Notes: a model not told the origin generated them from the letters alone. Counted from the first letter of the stretch, positions 29,513 to 38,368 are shown. The stretch: DNA of 50,032 bases from Ilumatobacteraceae bacterium (GCA_023257035.1 JALRDI010000147.1:1-50032), one strand, 5' to 3'. Translations and numbers: made by a program.

Positions 29513-30498
29513 CCGTGCACGTTCGGGCGCCCGGACGCGTCAACCTCATTGGGGACCACACCGACTACACCGGTGGTCTCGTCTTCCCGATCGCAATCGA
29601 TCGTTGGACCGAGATCGAAGGCTCGACCTACGACCGGCTGCGCTTCGTGTCCGAGTACGAACCGGGCACGCTCGATCTCGCCGTCGGCGCCGCCATCGAC
29701 CCGCACACCGAACCGGGGTGGGGAAGGCATGTTGCAGCCGTTGCGGCTGAGCTTGGGGCAACAACCGGCTTCGACGGCAGGGTGCGCACGACAATTCCCG
29801 TCGGCGCTGGCCTCTCGTCGAGTGCCGCTTTGGAACTCGCACTCGCGCTTGCGCTCGGCTTCGAGGGGAGTGCGGTGGAACTTGCCGAGCTTGGCCGCCG
29901 AGCCGAGCACGCCGCCACCGGCGTGCCAACCGGAATTATGGACCAGATCTGCATCGCCGCCGCCCACGAAGGTCACGCAACGCTGATCGATTGTCATGAG
30001 CTGTCGATCTCCCACGTGCCAGTACCGGACGACGTCGTCATCGTGGTGAGGTTCGTGGCCCATCGGACGCTCGAGGGCTCGGCGTACGCTGAGCGAGTCG
30101 CAGAGTGCGCGGCCGCGGAGGCGGTGATCGGGCCGTTGCGGTCGGCGTCCCTTGATGCGCTCGACCGGATTGACGACGAGGTTGTCCGTCGCCGGGCTCG
30201 CCATGTCATCACCGAGAACGCCCGCGTGGTCGCATTTACAGATGCCCTTAAGAGTGCTGATTACGCAGCAGCGGGCGAGATCATGATCGACGGTCACCGG
30301 AGCCTTAGTCAGGACTACTCGACGTCGACACCGCATATGGACGCTGTGGTGGCCGAGATGAGCGCCGATCCGACCGTGCACGGCGCTCGAATGACCGGTG
30401 GCGGCTTCGGCGGTTGCGTGGTTGCGTTGTGTCGCCCCGACACCACGATCGACGGCTGGCGAGTTCGCCCCGTTGGTGGTGCTGAGCGGCTGCACTGA
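29509..30498 (+). CDS. galK: galactokinase (GHMP kinase)
   Basis: Galactokinase signature APGRVNLIGDHTDYTGG and GHMP motif PVGAGLSSSAALELA. GTG 29509 overlaps the galT stop as GTGA. The ORF-track start 29326 lies inside galT and is rejected. Confidence 0.9.
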   Translation: MTVHVRAPGRVNLIGDHTDYTGGLVFPIAIDRWTEIEGSTYDRLRFVSEYEPGTLDLAVGAAIDPHTEPGWGRHVAAVAAELGATTGFDGRVRTTIPVGAGLSSSAALELALALALGFEGSAVELAELGRRAEHAATGVPTGIMDQICIAAAHEGHATLIDCHELSISHVPVPDDVVIVVRFVAHRTLEGSAYAERVAECAAAEAVIGPLRSASLDALDRIDDEVVRRRARHVITENARVVAFTDALKSADYAAAGEIMIDGHRSLSQDYSTSTPHMDAVVAEMSADPTVHGARMTGGGFGGCVVALCRPDTTIDGWRVRPVGGAERLH

Positions 30499-30685
30499 TC
30501 TCCTCAACTGGCGGCGACTCTGGTGGAAGTTGGTTGTCATCATCGTTGTCGGGACGGGATCGTGGTTCTTTATTGCGGCGAAGCGTCGAAATGATGAGGA
30601 CGAAGAGGTCGAATGAGTTCATTAGTGCCACAAGTCATTACGAGGTGATGGTTGGTAACTGCCCCCAACCGCCTAAGGTGCAATT

Positions 30686-31612
30686 GTGACTGCTGAAGCG
30701 ACATTGTTACGAGAACTCGACTCTGAGGTCGAGCGACTCTTAGAGCGTCACCTTGAACGAGCGAAAGAATGGTTCCCTCACGAATACGTGCCATACGAGC
30801 GTGGTCGTGAGCACACTGAAGGCGACTGGCAACAAGATGATGCCGACCTCGGCGGAGCCCAGATCGATGACGCCGTTCGATCATCGCTCATCGTCAACCT
30901 GCTGACTGAAGACAACCTTCCTTACTACTTCCGAACCGTTGAAGGCACCCTTGGCAAAGATGGCCCTTGGGGAGAATGGGTTCGTCGTTGGACCGCCGAA
31001 GAAGGCCGACACTCGATGGCGATCTACGGCTATCTCATGACAACTCGTGCAGTTGACCCCGTAGCCCTTGAACGCGACCGAATGGCGCAGGTCACGTCAG
31101 GAAAAATCCCTGAGCCGCCGTCAGTATGTGATGCGCTCGTCTACCTCTCGTTGCAGGAACTCGCCACCCGCATTGCGCACCGCACGACGGGAGCAATGAT
31201 CGGCGACCCGGTCGGTCACGAGGTGATGTCACGTGTTGCTGCTGACGAAAACCTCCACCACCTCTTCTACCGAGATCTTGCTGCAGCTGCCTTCAAAGTC
31301 GCTCCAGACCAGATGATGGCCGCGGTCCTACGACAGGTGTCTGGGTTCGAGATGCCAGGTTTCGGTATCCGTGACTTCGCAACGCATGCTCGACGCATCG
31401 CATCAGCCGGCATTTACGACCTTGCCGTGCATCACAAACAGATTCTGGTGCCAGTCGTCCTTCACCAGTGGGCAGTCGACAAGATGTCTGGCCTGAGTGA
31501 CGTGGGCAACAAAGCCCGGGAGGCACTAATGGTGCGACTCGACAAGAGTGCCCGCGTCGCTGATCGTTTACTTGAGCGCCGTTGCCATACGGCGATCGCT
31601 ACTTCGTACTGA
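30686..31612 (+). CDS. acyl-ACP desaturase (soluble di-iron, DesA-like)
   Basis: Di-iron motifs WTAEEGRHSMAI and DENLHHLFY, plus ELATRIAHRTTG. GTG start. Confidence 0.85.
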   Translation: MTAEATLLRELDSEVERLLERHLERAKEWFPHEYVPYERGREHTEGDWQQDDADLGGAQIDDAVRSSLIVNLLTEDNLPYYFRTVEGTLGKDGPWGEWVRRWTAEEGRHSMAIYGYLMTTRAVDPVALERDRMAQVTSGKIPEPPSVCDALVYLSLQELATRIAHRTTGAMIGDPVGHEVMSRVAADENLHHLFYRDLAAAAFKVAPDQMMAAVLRQVSGFEMPGFGIRDFATHARRIASAGIYDLAVHHKQILVPVVLHQWAVDKMSGLSDVGNKAREALMVRLDKSARVADRLLERRCHTAIATSY

Positions 31613-31645
31613 GCACGCAGCACTCCTAGAGCAACTGGAGTTCTG

Positions 31646-32191
31646 ATGGCCGAACGAGACCCACGGCGCGAGGCACAATTCCCCGGGATTGAAAAGCGCA
31701 CCGGTAAGCCAATGACGCACTGGTTCCAATTCATGGAGTCTCAGGTCGGCCGCAAATACGAAGAGCAGATGGAAACTCTTCATGATGAACAAGGGTTGAC
31801 CCGGGCTCAAGCGAACGCCCTCATCATGTACATGAAGGGCTCGACATCATCTCGCAGAGTTGACACCCCGGCCGACTACGTGAAGGCACTTCCCGAGCCT
31901 CAACGCTCAACAGCGAAATCAATACTCGACACGATCGCATCGGCGTTCCCACAATTGGAACTCGTCATTGCGTGGAACCAGCCAATGTTCAGACAGGGCA
32001 AGCGCTACTTCTTCGGCATCAGTGCAGCGAAGAATCACCTTCTAGTTGCGCCCTTCAACTCAGATGTGCTCGAAGCACTCGAGGACCGACTTGTCGGCCT
32101 GAAGCGCAATAAAAAAACGGTTCAGGTACCGAACGATTGGGACGTCGACGCAGACCTACTCACCGAAATGGTGAAACTGCAGTTGGGCTGA
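31646..32191 (+). CDS. DUF4287 plus DUF1801 (YdhG-like) two-domain protein
   Basis: The N-terminal IEKRTGKPMTHWFQFME...GLTRAQANALI pattern recalls DUF4287. The C-terminal half (YVKALPEPQRSTAKSILDTIASAFPQLELVIAWNQPMF) recalls the DUF1801/YdhG fold. Recognition is by memory only. Confidence 0.6.
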   Translation: MAERDPRREAQFPGIEKRTGKPMTHWFQFMESQVGRKYEEQMETLHDEQGLTRAQANALIMYMKGSTSSRRVDTPADYVKALPEPQRSTAKSILDTIASAFPQLELVIAWNQPMFRQGKRYFFGISAAKNHLLVAPFNSDVLEALEDRLVGLKRNKKTVQVPNDWDVDADLLTEMVKLQLG

Positions 32192-32207
32192 CAACGACCG
32201 GTTGTGT

Positions 32208-32930
32208 TCACCGCTGCTGTTGAGACCACGCCTCGTAGTCGAGTCGACGCTCCTCAGACAATGGAAAAAGCCCGCGTGGCGACTCGCCTGCCCGAACTCG
32301 TTCAATTGCGAAGGTCTCACGATGCTCTTGCTCTTGTGCCGCTGTCGCGATTTCTTCGGCGATCGCATGCGGAATTACCACAGCCCCATCAACGTCACCC
32401 ACGATGATGTCACCGGGTTCAACAAACACTCCTGCGCAAGTGATCGGCTCGTCGTAGCTGAACGGCATATGACGCCTTCCCCATGTGGCGCCATGCGATG
32501 CCCGGTGGTATACCGGCCGACCAAGCTCTGCGATCGCTTCGGTATCTCGAAGGGCCCCATCAGTGATGATGCCTACCGCCCCGAGGTGGTATGCCCGCAT
32601 TGCGTAGATGTCTCCGACCGTTCCAGCGTCAGGAAGATCTCGAGCCTCAATGACGATCACATCACCATCGTTGACGGCCTCGACGATGCTGCGTTGAGCA
32701 TTCTGTCCCGCAGAAAATTCTGGTAGTCGGTCTTCACGCAAAGCCACATAGCGAAGAGTCCGAGCTCTCCCCACGAGGCGTTGCCCTGGGAGAAGAGGCC
32801 GCAGACCGTTCATATATGCGTTTTGGATACCACGGCCTTGTAATTGATGGGTGATCGTTGCGACCGCAAGTGAACTCAATTTGTTGCGCAGTTCTACGGT
32901 CAGCACGTTTGGAATATCGATGGAATTCAC
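32208..32930 (-). CDS. RraA-fold family protein (RNase E regulator / HMG-CHA aldolase family, long form)
   Basis: Motifs GRARTLRYV, DGDVIVIEA, GTVGDIYAMRAYHLGAVGIITDGALRD and PGDIIVGDVDGAVVIP match the RraA/aldolase fold. GTG 32930 is preceded by GGAAAGGA. The rest of the 467-aa ORF is a shadow frame of the helicase tail. Confidence 0.7.
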   Translation of the reverse strand: MNSIDIPNVLTVELRNKLSSLAVATITHQLQGRGIQNAYMNGLRPLLPGQRLVGRARTLRYVALREDRLPEFSAGQNAQRSIVEAVNDGDVIVIEARDLPDAGTVGDIYAMRAYHLGAVGIITDGALRDTEAIAELGRPVYHRASHGATWGRRHMPFSYDEPITCAGVFVEPGDIIVGDVDGAVVIPHAIAEEIATAAQEQEHRETFAIERVRAGESPRGLFPLSEERRLDYEAWSQQQR

Positions 32931-33033
32931 AGGATCCTTTCCGCGACAAGTCAACGAATGCAAACCCGACCCTAGTGAACGATCAAGAGGTTGTGGTGAG
33001 CAGGGTGTTATCACTCCACTCAACTCAGTTTGG

Positions 33034-34638
33034 TCATCCGCGACGTGTCGAGTTGCGAGCGCCTGCAGACTGCCCTTTGCGGTGGCCACCAGCCGAGCTA
33101 CGGCGCTTGCCGGCGTTTGCGTTATTGCGATTGCGACCAGGTCCGTCTTGACGACCAGCGCCATCTTGACGACGGCCGTTGCGTTCACTTCGAGTGAACT
33201 CGCCACCATCGGCCCGACGTGAATCATTCCGACGACCGTCATTACGACGAGTCCTGTCATTCGAGTCACTCCGGCGCGATTCTGAGCGCTGCGCATCTTC
33301 ACGAGGGTCCTGGTCACGATGCGGTTTACGAGAATCGCGCTTCGATGATGGGGCATCGCCTCGCGATGAGTCGCGACGCTTACCTGATGAATAGCCACCA
33401 GATTTCTTTGACTGGTTGCGCTGGCGAGACTTCGACGGTTGTGACCGCTCGCGTTCAACACGTGCAGGCGCGAGTGTTGCCGTTGGGTCACCGAATGAGG
33501 TGATCGATGCAACATCGGGATCAACGATCTCAACCTCGATGCCGACCTCGCGCTGCATGCGACGAGCGGCACGACGGCCATTTGGCTCGATGAGAGAAAC
33601 GACGACACCACCTTGGCCGGCGCGGGCCGTGCGTCCTGAGCGGTGGATGTATGCCTTGTGATCTTCAGGTGGGTCGAAGTGAACGACTGAGGTCACATCG
33701 TCGACATGAATACCGCGAGCTGCCACATCAGTTGCGATGAGAGCATGAGCGCGATGCTCGGTGAATTCTGCGAGCGCGCGTGTGCGCTGGGGCTGGCTCT
33801 TTCCGCCGTGGATCGAAACAGCTTTGATGCCATCACGCTCAAGTTGCTTCGTGAGGCGGTCGGCGCCGTGTCGGGTGCGGCAGAACACAATTGTCGGCCA
33901 CGCTGCAGCCACCGTCTCTGCGAGAAGGCTCACGCGCCCGTCACGAGCAACCGTCCAGAAACGATGATCCGCAATCGAGATGCTGTTGTGCTCAGGAACG
34001 ACCTCGTGACGCACAGGATCGTTCTGATAGTGCTTCACAAGATGAGCAACATCGCCATCAAGAGTCGCGGAGAACAAGATCGTTTGAGTGCGCGAGGTTG
34101 CGGCATCAAGGATGCGACGAACTGCTGGCAAGAAGCCCATGTCAGCCATACGGTCTGCTTCGTCGATTACGACTCGCTCAATATCATCGAGGATGACCGA
34201 ACCAGATTCCATGAGGTCTTCGAGGCGACCCGGGCATGCGACGAGAATGTCGGTGCCCTGCTTGAGTGAGTTCACCTGCTTTCCATACGCAACGCCGCCA
34301 TACACCGTTGTGATCGAGGTACGGCGTGAGAGCGTTTCCATCTCGGTTGCGATCTGGTCGGCAAGTTCACGAGTTGGCGACAACACGAGGGCCTTCGGTC
34401 GACGTGAAGTGCCCTTTGATGTCATCGCAACAAGAGGAATTCCAAATGCAAGGGTTTTGCCCGACCCGGTAGGTGCAGCGCCGCAGACGTCATTGCCTTG
34501 AAGAATGTCTTCAATCGCAACGCGCTGGATCGCGAATGGCTCTTCAATGCCTCGGGCGGAAAGTGCTCGGCAAATGAAGTCAGGTACACCGAGGCTCTCA
34601 AAGGTGAGGGCGCGCGGTTCAGAATCGGTCAAGGTCAT
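33034..34638 (-). CDS. DEAD-box ATP-dependent RNA helicase with long Arg/Ser/Asp-rich tail
   Basis: Q motif (F..LG...AL...GIEEPFAIQ), motif I AAPTGSGKT, motif Ia PTRELA, motif II VIDEADRM, motif III SAT, motif VI HRSGRTARAG. About 140 aa of low-complexity C-terminus. Confidence 0.95.
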   Translation of the reverse strand: MTLTDSEPRALTFESLGVPDFICRALSARGIEEPFAIQRVAIEDILQGNDVCGAAPTGSGKTLAFGIPLVAMTSKGTSRRPKALVLSPTRELADQIATEMETLSRRTSITTVYGGVAYGKQVNSLKQGTDILVACPGRLEDLMESGSVILDDIERVVIDEADRMADMGFLPAVRRILDAATSRTQTILFSATLDGDVAHLVKHYQNDPVRHEVVPEHNSISIADHRFWTVARDGRVSLLAETVAAAWPTIVFCRTRHGADRLTKQLERDGIKAVSIHGGKSQPQRTRALAEFTEHRAHALIATDVAARGIHVDDVTSVVHFDPPEDHKAYIHRSGRTARAGQGGVVVSLIEPNGRRAARRMQREVGIEVEIVDPDVASITSFGDPTATLAPARVERERSQPSKSRQRNQSKKSGGYSSGKRRDSSRGDAPSSKRDSRKPHRDQDPREDAQRSESRRSDSNDRTRRNDGRRNDSRRADGGEFTRSERNGRRQDGAGRQDGPGRNRNNANAGKRRSSAGGHRKGQSAGARNSTRRG

Positions 34639-34847
34639 GGGGATGCTCCAAAGTGGTGGGCGCGGTTGTAAGTGATCAGCGCAATGCCGATTTAGTTCAT
34701 ATGGGGGAGGGATGGCTCACGATGATCGGAGGAACTACATCCCGTTCTGCGAACCCACCGACCGGAAGTCCCGATCAGCGCAAGGAACGGTAACAGCCAA
34801 ATCGAGAAACCGTGCGAATGTCGGCAACCACGAGTGCGTGAATGCTG

Positions 34848-36059
34848 TCACCAAGTAAGCGGAATCGACTTTGGGGATCGATCGCTGATCGTCGGGCGCC
34901 AGGTCGGATCACCATCAAGTTGGAGGTTCGGAAACCGCTGGAACAGAGACGACAAGGTCGCCTTTGCCTCTAACCGTGCAAGGGCTGCGCCAAGACAGAA
35001 GTGGTGCCCAAACCCGAATGTGAGATGGGGATTTGGATTGCGGTCAAGAACGATGTCGTCGGGTGCATCGAATACGCGGTCGTCTCGGTTAGCAGCAAGG
35101 ATGTTGAGGAACACCGATTGGCCTTCTCGCATCTCGACGCCTGCGTGGTCATGGTCTTCGACAACCGTTCGCATCATTGCTTTCGCCGGGGCCTCAAAAC
35201 GAAGTAATTCTTCGACAGCGGTGTCAAGGTCGTCTCCTTCAAGAGAAGTGAACGCAGTACGTGCATCAGGGTCACGACACAGCGCGACCGTCGCCGATCC
35301 GAGCAGCGAAGCCGTCGTGTCATGTCCGGCGAAGAGCAACAGCGAGCACGCTCCAAGAAGTTCGATTTGCGTGAGGCCGTCGATTTCGTTTTCCTCGGCG
35401 AGCAGCAGAGACAACAGGTTGTCCTCAGGCTCAGAGCGGTATCGGTCAAAGAGTGGTTGCAGCCGCCCCTCGAGCTCCGCGCCGGCCTAGCGGGCGACCT
35501 CGTCGTAGTCGTCTCGACCGACCGCCCCAAAGACCACGACCCCAAACTTTTCTGACCAATCTGCGAGCCAGTCACGTTCATCAATCGGCACGCCGAACAA
35601 CTCGGCGATCACCGCTGCAGGAAGTGGATGGGTGAGCAATTCGACAAGGTCACCGCCTGACGAAGCCGCCATGTTGTTGAGCAGATCATCGACGATCTGT
35701 TGCACACGATCCTCCAGTGCGTTGACAGACCGTGGAGTGAACGACCGAGCAAGAGGTCCGCGGAGCCGGGTGTGTTCTGGGGGCTCGTGGAAGAGCATCC
35801 AACCGTCTAAAAGGTCGATCGCCATCGACAGCGCCTCTGCTCGAGGTCCACTAAGGCGTTCCCTGAAACCCGACATGCGTTCGGTCGACAAACGAGAGTC
35901 GCGAAACGCCGCATTGAGCTCAGGGTGACCCATGACGATCCACGCTCGGTGTCGATCACTCCACTGGATTGGACCCTCATCGCGAAACTCTCGGAAATAG
36001 CCATGAGGGTCATCAATCGCGCGTGGGTCGAGCAGGTTGATATCACTCATGTGCGTCAC
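34848..36059 (-). pseudogene. cytochrome P450 interrupted by one in-frame TAG (35487-35489)
   Basis: ORFs 35487..36059 and 34848..35414 are in the same frame. My translation across the gap reads ...DDYDEVAR*AGAELEGRLQPLFDRYRSEPEDNLLSLLLAEE..., a continuous P450 sequence. The downstream part carries I-helix AGHDTTAS, EELLRFEAP (ExxR) and heme loop FGFGHHFCLGAALAR. Confidence 0.8.
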
Positions 36060-36829
36060 CTCAAGCGCGACGGAGCCATACGCATTCCACCGTCAATACG
36101 CATGTCAGAGCCGTTCAGCATCGTGTTCGAGATGATGTGAGCGCACAATTGTGCGTACTCAGGGCCGTTACCGAACCTCGGCGGGAACGGAGTTGTTGCC
36201 GCCATCTGTTCGGCGTATTCGTCGGGCATGCCCTCAACAAGCGGTGTATCAAATGAGCCAGGTGAAATTGAAACAGCACGGATACCCCAAGGAGCGAGAT
36301 CACGGGCGAGTGGCAATGTCATGCCGAGCACCCCACCTTTTGAGGCCGAATATGAGACACCGCCATCAACCCCATCGGTCGCAGCGATCGAGGCCGTTGT
36401 CACGATGACACCCCGTTCGCCGTCGGGGCCGACTGGGTCAAGATCGTGCATTGCCCACGCAGCAAGGCGAGCGATGTTGAACACCCCGATGAGATTGATG
36501 TTGACAATGCGCTCAAATTCATCGAGAGGGTGAGGGCCATTGCGGCCAATGACTTTCTTCCCCGCGCCAACTCCAGCGCAGGCGACTGCGATTCGCGGAG
36601 GGCCGAGTTGCTCAACGAGATGGGCAAACGCGGTCTCTAACGATTCGGCAGATGCAACGTCAGATTCTGCAAACACCCCACCTATTTCTTCAGCAACCTC
36701 TGCACCTTTCGCGGCGTCACGATCGAGTACTCCGACTCGAGCGCCAAGTGAAGAGAGGTGGCGCGCGGTGGCGGCTCCGAGGCCAGATGCTCCACCCGTG
36801 ATGAACACTGTGTTTCCTGCGATCTCCAT
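36056..36829 (-). CDS. short-chain dehydrogenase/reductase (3-hydroxyacyl-CoA dehydrogenase type-2-like)
   Basis: TGGASGLGAATA cofactor motif and YSASKGG catalytic motif. The stop overlaps the P450 GTG start as GTGA. Confidence 0.9.
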   Translation of the reverse strand: MEIAGNTVFITGGASGLGAATARHLSSLGARVGVLDRDAAKGAEVAEEIGGVFAESDVASAESLETAFAHLVEQLGPPRIAVACAGVGAGKKVIGRNGPHPLDEFERIVNINLIGVFNIARLAAWAMHDLDPVGPDGERGVIVTTASIAATDGVDGGVSYSASKGGVLGMTLPLARDLAPWGIRAVSISPGSFDTPLVEGMPDEYAEQMAATTPFPPRFGNGPEYAQLCAHIISNTMLNGSDMRIDGGMRMAPSRLR

Positions 36830-36863
36830 CCCTCAACCCTAGAGAGCCCGATCAGATCGGCAG

Positions 36864-37406
36864 TTACTGGCGGTGTGACTCCGCTCGCTCCTTCAACCCC
36901 AATAATTGTCGGCGCAACATGACGCCATCACCCGGACCGAGAGTTGATTTCAGCAACGGGGCGCCAAAAGGAACTTGAAGTGCCGATCTCACTCGTGAGA
37001 TCAATCGAGTGCCGTCAGTCGTGTCGTGAAGCACGTATGCAAGGGTGAATTTGAATCGAGTTGAGTCTCTGCGGGTTTGAAGTGACATAACGAGATGGTG
37101 CGGAGCATCGAGGTGGGTGACGACAAAACTGATCGGCCCGCCAGGAATGATGTCTCCAACCGATGAGACGGCCCATTCAGGGTGCAGTTGTGTTGCACTT
37201 TTGCGACCGAAATTATCGATGATGTCGTAGCTGTACCAGCCGGCCCGGCCGAGACCGAGTTGGGCAATCCAGGGAAAGACGTCTGTCGTTGGCGCATCGA
37301 TCGAGATTGACCTAGTTGCGCTGAACGCCGGTTGTGAAACGAGTTCGTCTCCGGGCAGTTCGAGTTCGACTTCCTCAGGGGCTGAACCCCAATTCTCGAG
37401 GATCAC
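36864..37406 (-). CDS. SRPBCC-fold protein, uncharacterised
   Basis: The ISIDAPTTDVFPWIAQLGLGRAGWYSYDIIDN pattern is typical of an SRPBCC subfamily. GTG 37406 overlaps the TGA of the upstream membrane gene (GTGA), so it is preferred to ATG 37469. Confidence 0.65.
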   Translation of the reverse strand: MILENWGSAPEEVELELPGDELVSQPAFSATRSISIDAPTTDVFPWIAQLGLGRAGWYSYDIIDNFGRKSATQLHPEWAVSSVGDIIPGGPISFVVTHLDAPHHLVMSLQTRRDSTRFKFTLAYVLHDTTDGTRLISRVRSALQVPFGAPLLKSTLGPGDGVMLRRQLLGLKERAESHRQ

Positions 37407-37909
37407 GCCGACCGTCTCTTCCAAATCACGGCAGAGACCCACGCTGCGGTAATTCCCCGCAACGTCCATGCCAGGGTTCGAACAAGATCTGCTTTCATCA
37501 AGCGATCGTGCACCTCAGGAATGAATCCATTTGCAAGATCTGCGTGTGCCGGTGCGGAAAAAAACCCGCTCACCACGAGAACAACACCCATTGCGATTCC
37601 ACCGATGACAAGTGGTGGAAGCAGGGCCTGATCGCGTTCACGCCACGCCCAGATGAGCAACAACAATGCGGTCGCACCCTCGACACCCCACGGAACCAGC
37701 AGCAGTTTGCCAATGCGGTCAACATGGGAGGCTTGGAACTCGACATACGTGTCAACCCCGACGCTGGCAAACAATGGGTAGTGGACTGTGTGAATTGTCC
37801 AAATCAACCCGACCATGAACCAGGTCGACATGAGGTGAAGGCCGCTGAGGGCGGCGGGTGGGGTTCGTTGCACGAAGCAAAACCTAGAGCGGGAGCGAAT
37901 CTCGTGCAT
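37403..37909 (-). CDS. small 4-TM integral membrane protein (possibly DUF1772-like)
   Basis: Hydrophobic helices MSTWFMVGLIWTIHTVHYPLF, LLLVPWGVEGATALLLLIW, LLPPLVIGGIAMGVVLVVSGFF and TLAWTLRGITAAWVSAVIW. The start could be 37909 or 37831. Confidence 0.6.
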   Translation of the reverse strand: MHEIRSRSRFCFVQRTPPAALSGLHLMSTWFMVGLIWTIHTVHYPLFASVGVDTYVEFQASHVDRIGKLLLVPWGVEGATALLLLIWAWRERDQALLPPLVIGGIAMGVVLVVSGFFSAPAHADLANGFIPEVHDRLMKADLVRTLAWTLRGITAAWVSAVIWKRRSA

Positions 37910-37942
37910 GACGTTGCGCCGACATGAAATATCGTTGCGTGT

Positions 37943-38320
37943 ATGAGCGCGCTTGAGACGGTGAACACATTTATGAGGTGCATTGAGTCAAAGGACATTG
38001 ACGCAGCAGTTGCTCTTCTCGCCGATGACGTCTCGTACGAAAATATGCCGATCGATCCCATCGTTGGGCGCGAGGCAGTTCGCCAGGTGCTTGATGGATT
38101 TCTTCAACCCGCACAGGAGGTCGATTGGCGTGTTGACCGCGAATGGCAGATCGGTGGCGCGGTGATCAACGAGCGGGTCGACCGATTCAAGATCGGTGAC
38201 GGGTGGCTCGAGTTGCCGGTTGCCGGTTTCTTCGAAGTGGCGGATGGACAGATAACTCTTTGGCGCGATTACTTCGACATGGGTTCGTATATGTCGCAAC
38301 TGTCGTCGCTCACCTCATGA
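37943..38320 (+). CDS. limonene-1,2-epoxide hydrolase / SnoaL-like NTF2-fold protein
   Basis: 125 aa. The TVNTFMRCIESKDIDAAVALLADDVSYENMPIDPIVGREAV pattern matches the LEH/SnoaL family. Confidence 0.7.
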   Translation: MSALETVNTFMRCIESKDIDAAVALLADDVSYENMPIDPIVGREAVRQVLDGFLQPAQEVDWRVDREWQIGGAVINERVDRFKIGDGWLELPVAGFFEVADGQITLWRDYFDMGSYMSQLSSLTS

Positions 38321-38368
38321 TGAGACGACCTCACCCTCGTTGTCGATTATCAGAGCTTGTGATGATCA

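Noticed and set aside
32191-32205. Hairpin ACAAC-GACCG-GTTGT between the convergent DUF4287 and RraA-like genes.
   Set aside because: The stem is only 5 bp with no U-tract, which is too weak to call a terminator.
32208-33611. 467-aa ORF in the track suggesting a large protein overlapping the helicase 3' end.
   Set aside because: Only the last 240 codons (from GTG 32930, with an SD) resemble an RraA-fold protein. The upstream part is an alternative frame of the low-complexity helicase tail.
34639-34847. The ~209-nt leader of the DEAD-box helicase as a cold-shock-type regulatory RNA or riboswitch.
   Set aside because: I could not identify a conserved fold or a known riboswitch core by eye. 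It is noted only as a long 5' UTR within the helicase finding.
35487-35489. The TAG in the P450 as programmed recoding (pyrrolysine or readthrough).
   Set aside because: No pyl genes or any recoding signal are visible in the window, and the lineage signature is actinobacterial. A nonsense mutation or a sequencing error is far more parsimonious.
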